The notes under the pieces were generated by a model. The model was not told where the DNA came from. It did not search any database and saw nothing but the letters and a program-made list of their open reading frames with translations. The translations under genes and the position numbers were made by a program. DNA of 63,846 nt, counting the filler, from Octopus bimaculoides (taxonomy: Eukaryota), in the NCBI RefSeq assembly GCF_001194135.2. It is 4 parts of 4 records of this genome, joined end to end, with 100 filler letters (N's around TTAATTAATTAA, not from the genome) between each part and the next. Parts side by side here need not be neighbours in the genome. Positions count along the whole stretch, not along the records: positions 61,863 to 63,846 come from NC_068990.1; 3 more parts are not named here. One strand, written 5' to 3'. Positions 61,881 to 63,846 of this stretch are shown here, one piece after another; within the stretch, counting starts at the first letter, position 1, and the number at the start of each line of letters is the position of its first letter.

Positions 61881-63552
61881 ATATATAACTGAAAATGTAT
61901 GTATGTCTGTATGTGTGAATCCCTAACGCTCGAGAACAACCCAACCAATTTCATTCAAATTTTACTCGTGCGTTACCTAGGGTCCATAGAGTTTCATGGG
62001 CCAAAACAATTTTCAACTTCTTGCCTAATGCGGTTCGGTATTACGTGTCAAAAGTGAATATTGTTTCACTTTTATTGTTTCACTTTTAATCTTTCATGTT
62101 TAAGTCTAATGAGATAACACTAAGTCCAAGGTATATAAAAATACACATTTAGCGTTCAATTACCAGTTAATAATTATCGCAGTAGTTCCAAGGTTGCAAG
62201 CTATTTACAGTTACATACTAACCCTTAAATTAACATTTAACATAATACATGTGCTTCAGATATATACATTAAGAAATTTATCTATAATAATTATTGTGGA
62301 AATTACCGTTAAATTAGCAGTTCGTAGATGTGCTTCTATTTCGTTAATCTATATATATCAAACGGGTTCACCAAATCAAATCAAATTTTACAAGGTAAAA
62401 GTATCACACACCCGGATGTCAACATGTATATGAGTGTGTATGTGTCTGTGAGTGTATATGAGTGTGTATGTCTCTGTGAGTGTATGAGTGTGTATGTCTC
62501 TGCTGACTCTGTGTGTTTCCGCGTTAGGTATGTTATTAAACATACACACACACACATCTACACATACATATACATATGTAACGACTGACATGCGTGAATC
62601 TATGCCTGTATGTGTCTCTCTTACTATATGTATATGACTGTATGTCAAAGTGTATGTGTGTGTATCGTCACATTTTTTATAGGAATGCGTATATGTCTGT
62701 GAGTGTGTGAGTGCTTTCGCGTTCGTTGCGTAGATTATTAAACACACACACATCTACACATACATATGCATATGTGACCAGAACGGCTGGAGGTGAAACT
62801 CCTCACAAAAAAATTAGGTGGCAAGTCCAAAGTACATAAGAATACACATCTACAGTTCAATTATCAGCAGTTGCAAGATTGCTAAGTATTTACAATTTGC
62901 TTATATTTGATTAATTTACACTGCATACAAAAATACAGACATATACATATAACTGCTTACAAATGTAGAGATTAATATATATTTTTTTTATGTTCATAAC
63001 TTTTTGATTACAATAATTCAAAAACGTAAAGAAACCTGAAGGAAAAACGTAATTTCTCTAGAAACACCAATCAAGCAAAGAGAATTGCAGAAAACGGAAG
63101 GCGAGAGTGTCAATGGAGAAGGGAGATGAGACTTTCCCAAAATCAGCAAAGACATGCTAAGCACGTCGAGTGGAGTCTCAAGAGAGAAGGTAGATGAGAC
63201 TTTCCCAAGATCAGCAACGGCATGCTGCAGTACTTAATGATGAATCATTAAAACAACATTTAGCACGCCAGATTACACAGAGGTCCTATAGAATAGCTCT
63301 CAGGAACAGACTACGTACAAATTCATTCTTCACAATTCCTGAAACTGCTTTCAGATATGATTCATCCCATTCTTACAAAAGTTATTATTCTGCCCAAACT
63401 GGCGTGCTTAACTCAAATTGTCGTTTCTGCAAAGCTTTAAAATTTACTCCACAAATGTTTTGTCGTCAATGCTGCACTTTCCCGTATCACTTGTTTCAAC
63501 ATAACTGTAGCAAAGCTATTTTAATCCCGAGCAATGCCGAGTATCTCTGCTA

Positions 63553-63553
<1 letters not shown>
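61881..63553 (+). mobile_element. Internally deleted Helitron
   Basis: 5' region with short microsatellite and CTCGAGAACAACCCAACCAATTTCATTCAAATT. RepHel-like N-terminal fragment RLSQDQQRHA..ES..AFRYD..G..NSNCRFCKALKF. 3' hairpin CCCGAGCAATGCCGAG followed by CTAG then T at 63550-63554. Confidence 0.8.
63124..63470 (+). pseudogene. Helitron RepHel N-terminal fragment (charged repeats and start of Cys cluster)
   Basis: Repeated MRLSQ(N/D)QQRHA units at 63124 and 63192; AFRYD and CRFCKALKF match the AF.YD and C..C.A.KF motifs upstream of Helitron Rep domains (from memory). Confidence 0.72.
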
Positions 63554-63586
<33 letters not shown>

Positions 63587-63846
63587 TTATAAATATACAG
63601 GGATTAGCAATTGAGTTGCTTCTCCAACATACTGAAAATTTAGAACTAGCAGTCAAAGAACTACTGATTCCAAACTACAAATTTTCTCTAAAGTGGATGG
63701 CGATATTTATGGCACACATAGAACAAAAAACCGGAGGGAAAAGCGTAAACAAGCCAAGCTTTTAGTTATTTGGATACGAATCGTTTCATGGTTAAGTGAA
63801 TAGAAATTTCACTATTCCAATCTTCAGCCTCAATATTCTGATAAAT

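Overview
Repeat-dominated, AT-rich animal genomic DNA from a gappy short-read scaffold. The microsatellite density and the SINE/LINE families point to an octopod cephalopod such as Octopus; this is inference from the repeat landscape, not a database match. I cannot support any intact host protein-coding gene, tRNA, rRNA or CRISPR array. Almost all listed ORFs are artefacts of N-gaps, microsatellites or decayed transposons. Recognisable content: several tRNA-derived SINE families (labels A, B, D, E are mine), two RTE-clade LINE families, a CR1-clade LINE, mariner, Tc1 and pogo transposase relics, hAT and other MITEs, and an internally deleted Helitron. The main discovery is a dense set of self-cleaving-ribozyme motifs. 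Eleven minimal type I hammerhead motifs from about five sequence families sit in short (TA)n-associated elements resembling Penelope pseudo-LTRs or retrozymes. One young family has a non-canonical CUGUNGA core (A6U). A decayed HDV-like fold lies in an apparently inverted 5' end of an RTE LINE. Also visible: the 3' tail of a CR1 LINE is shared with the most abundant SINE, and a pogo transposase relic carries an intron-like insert. No ribozyme activity has been tested and all folds were done by eye.
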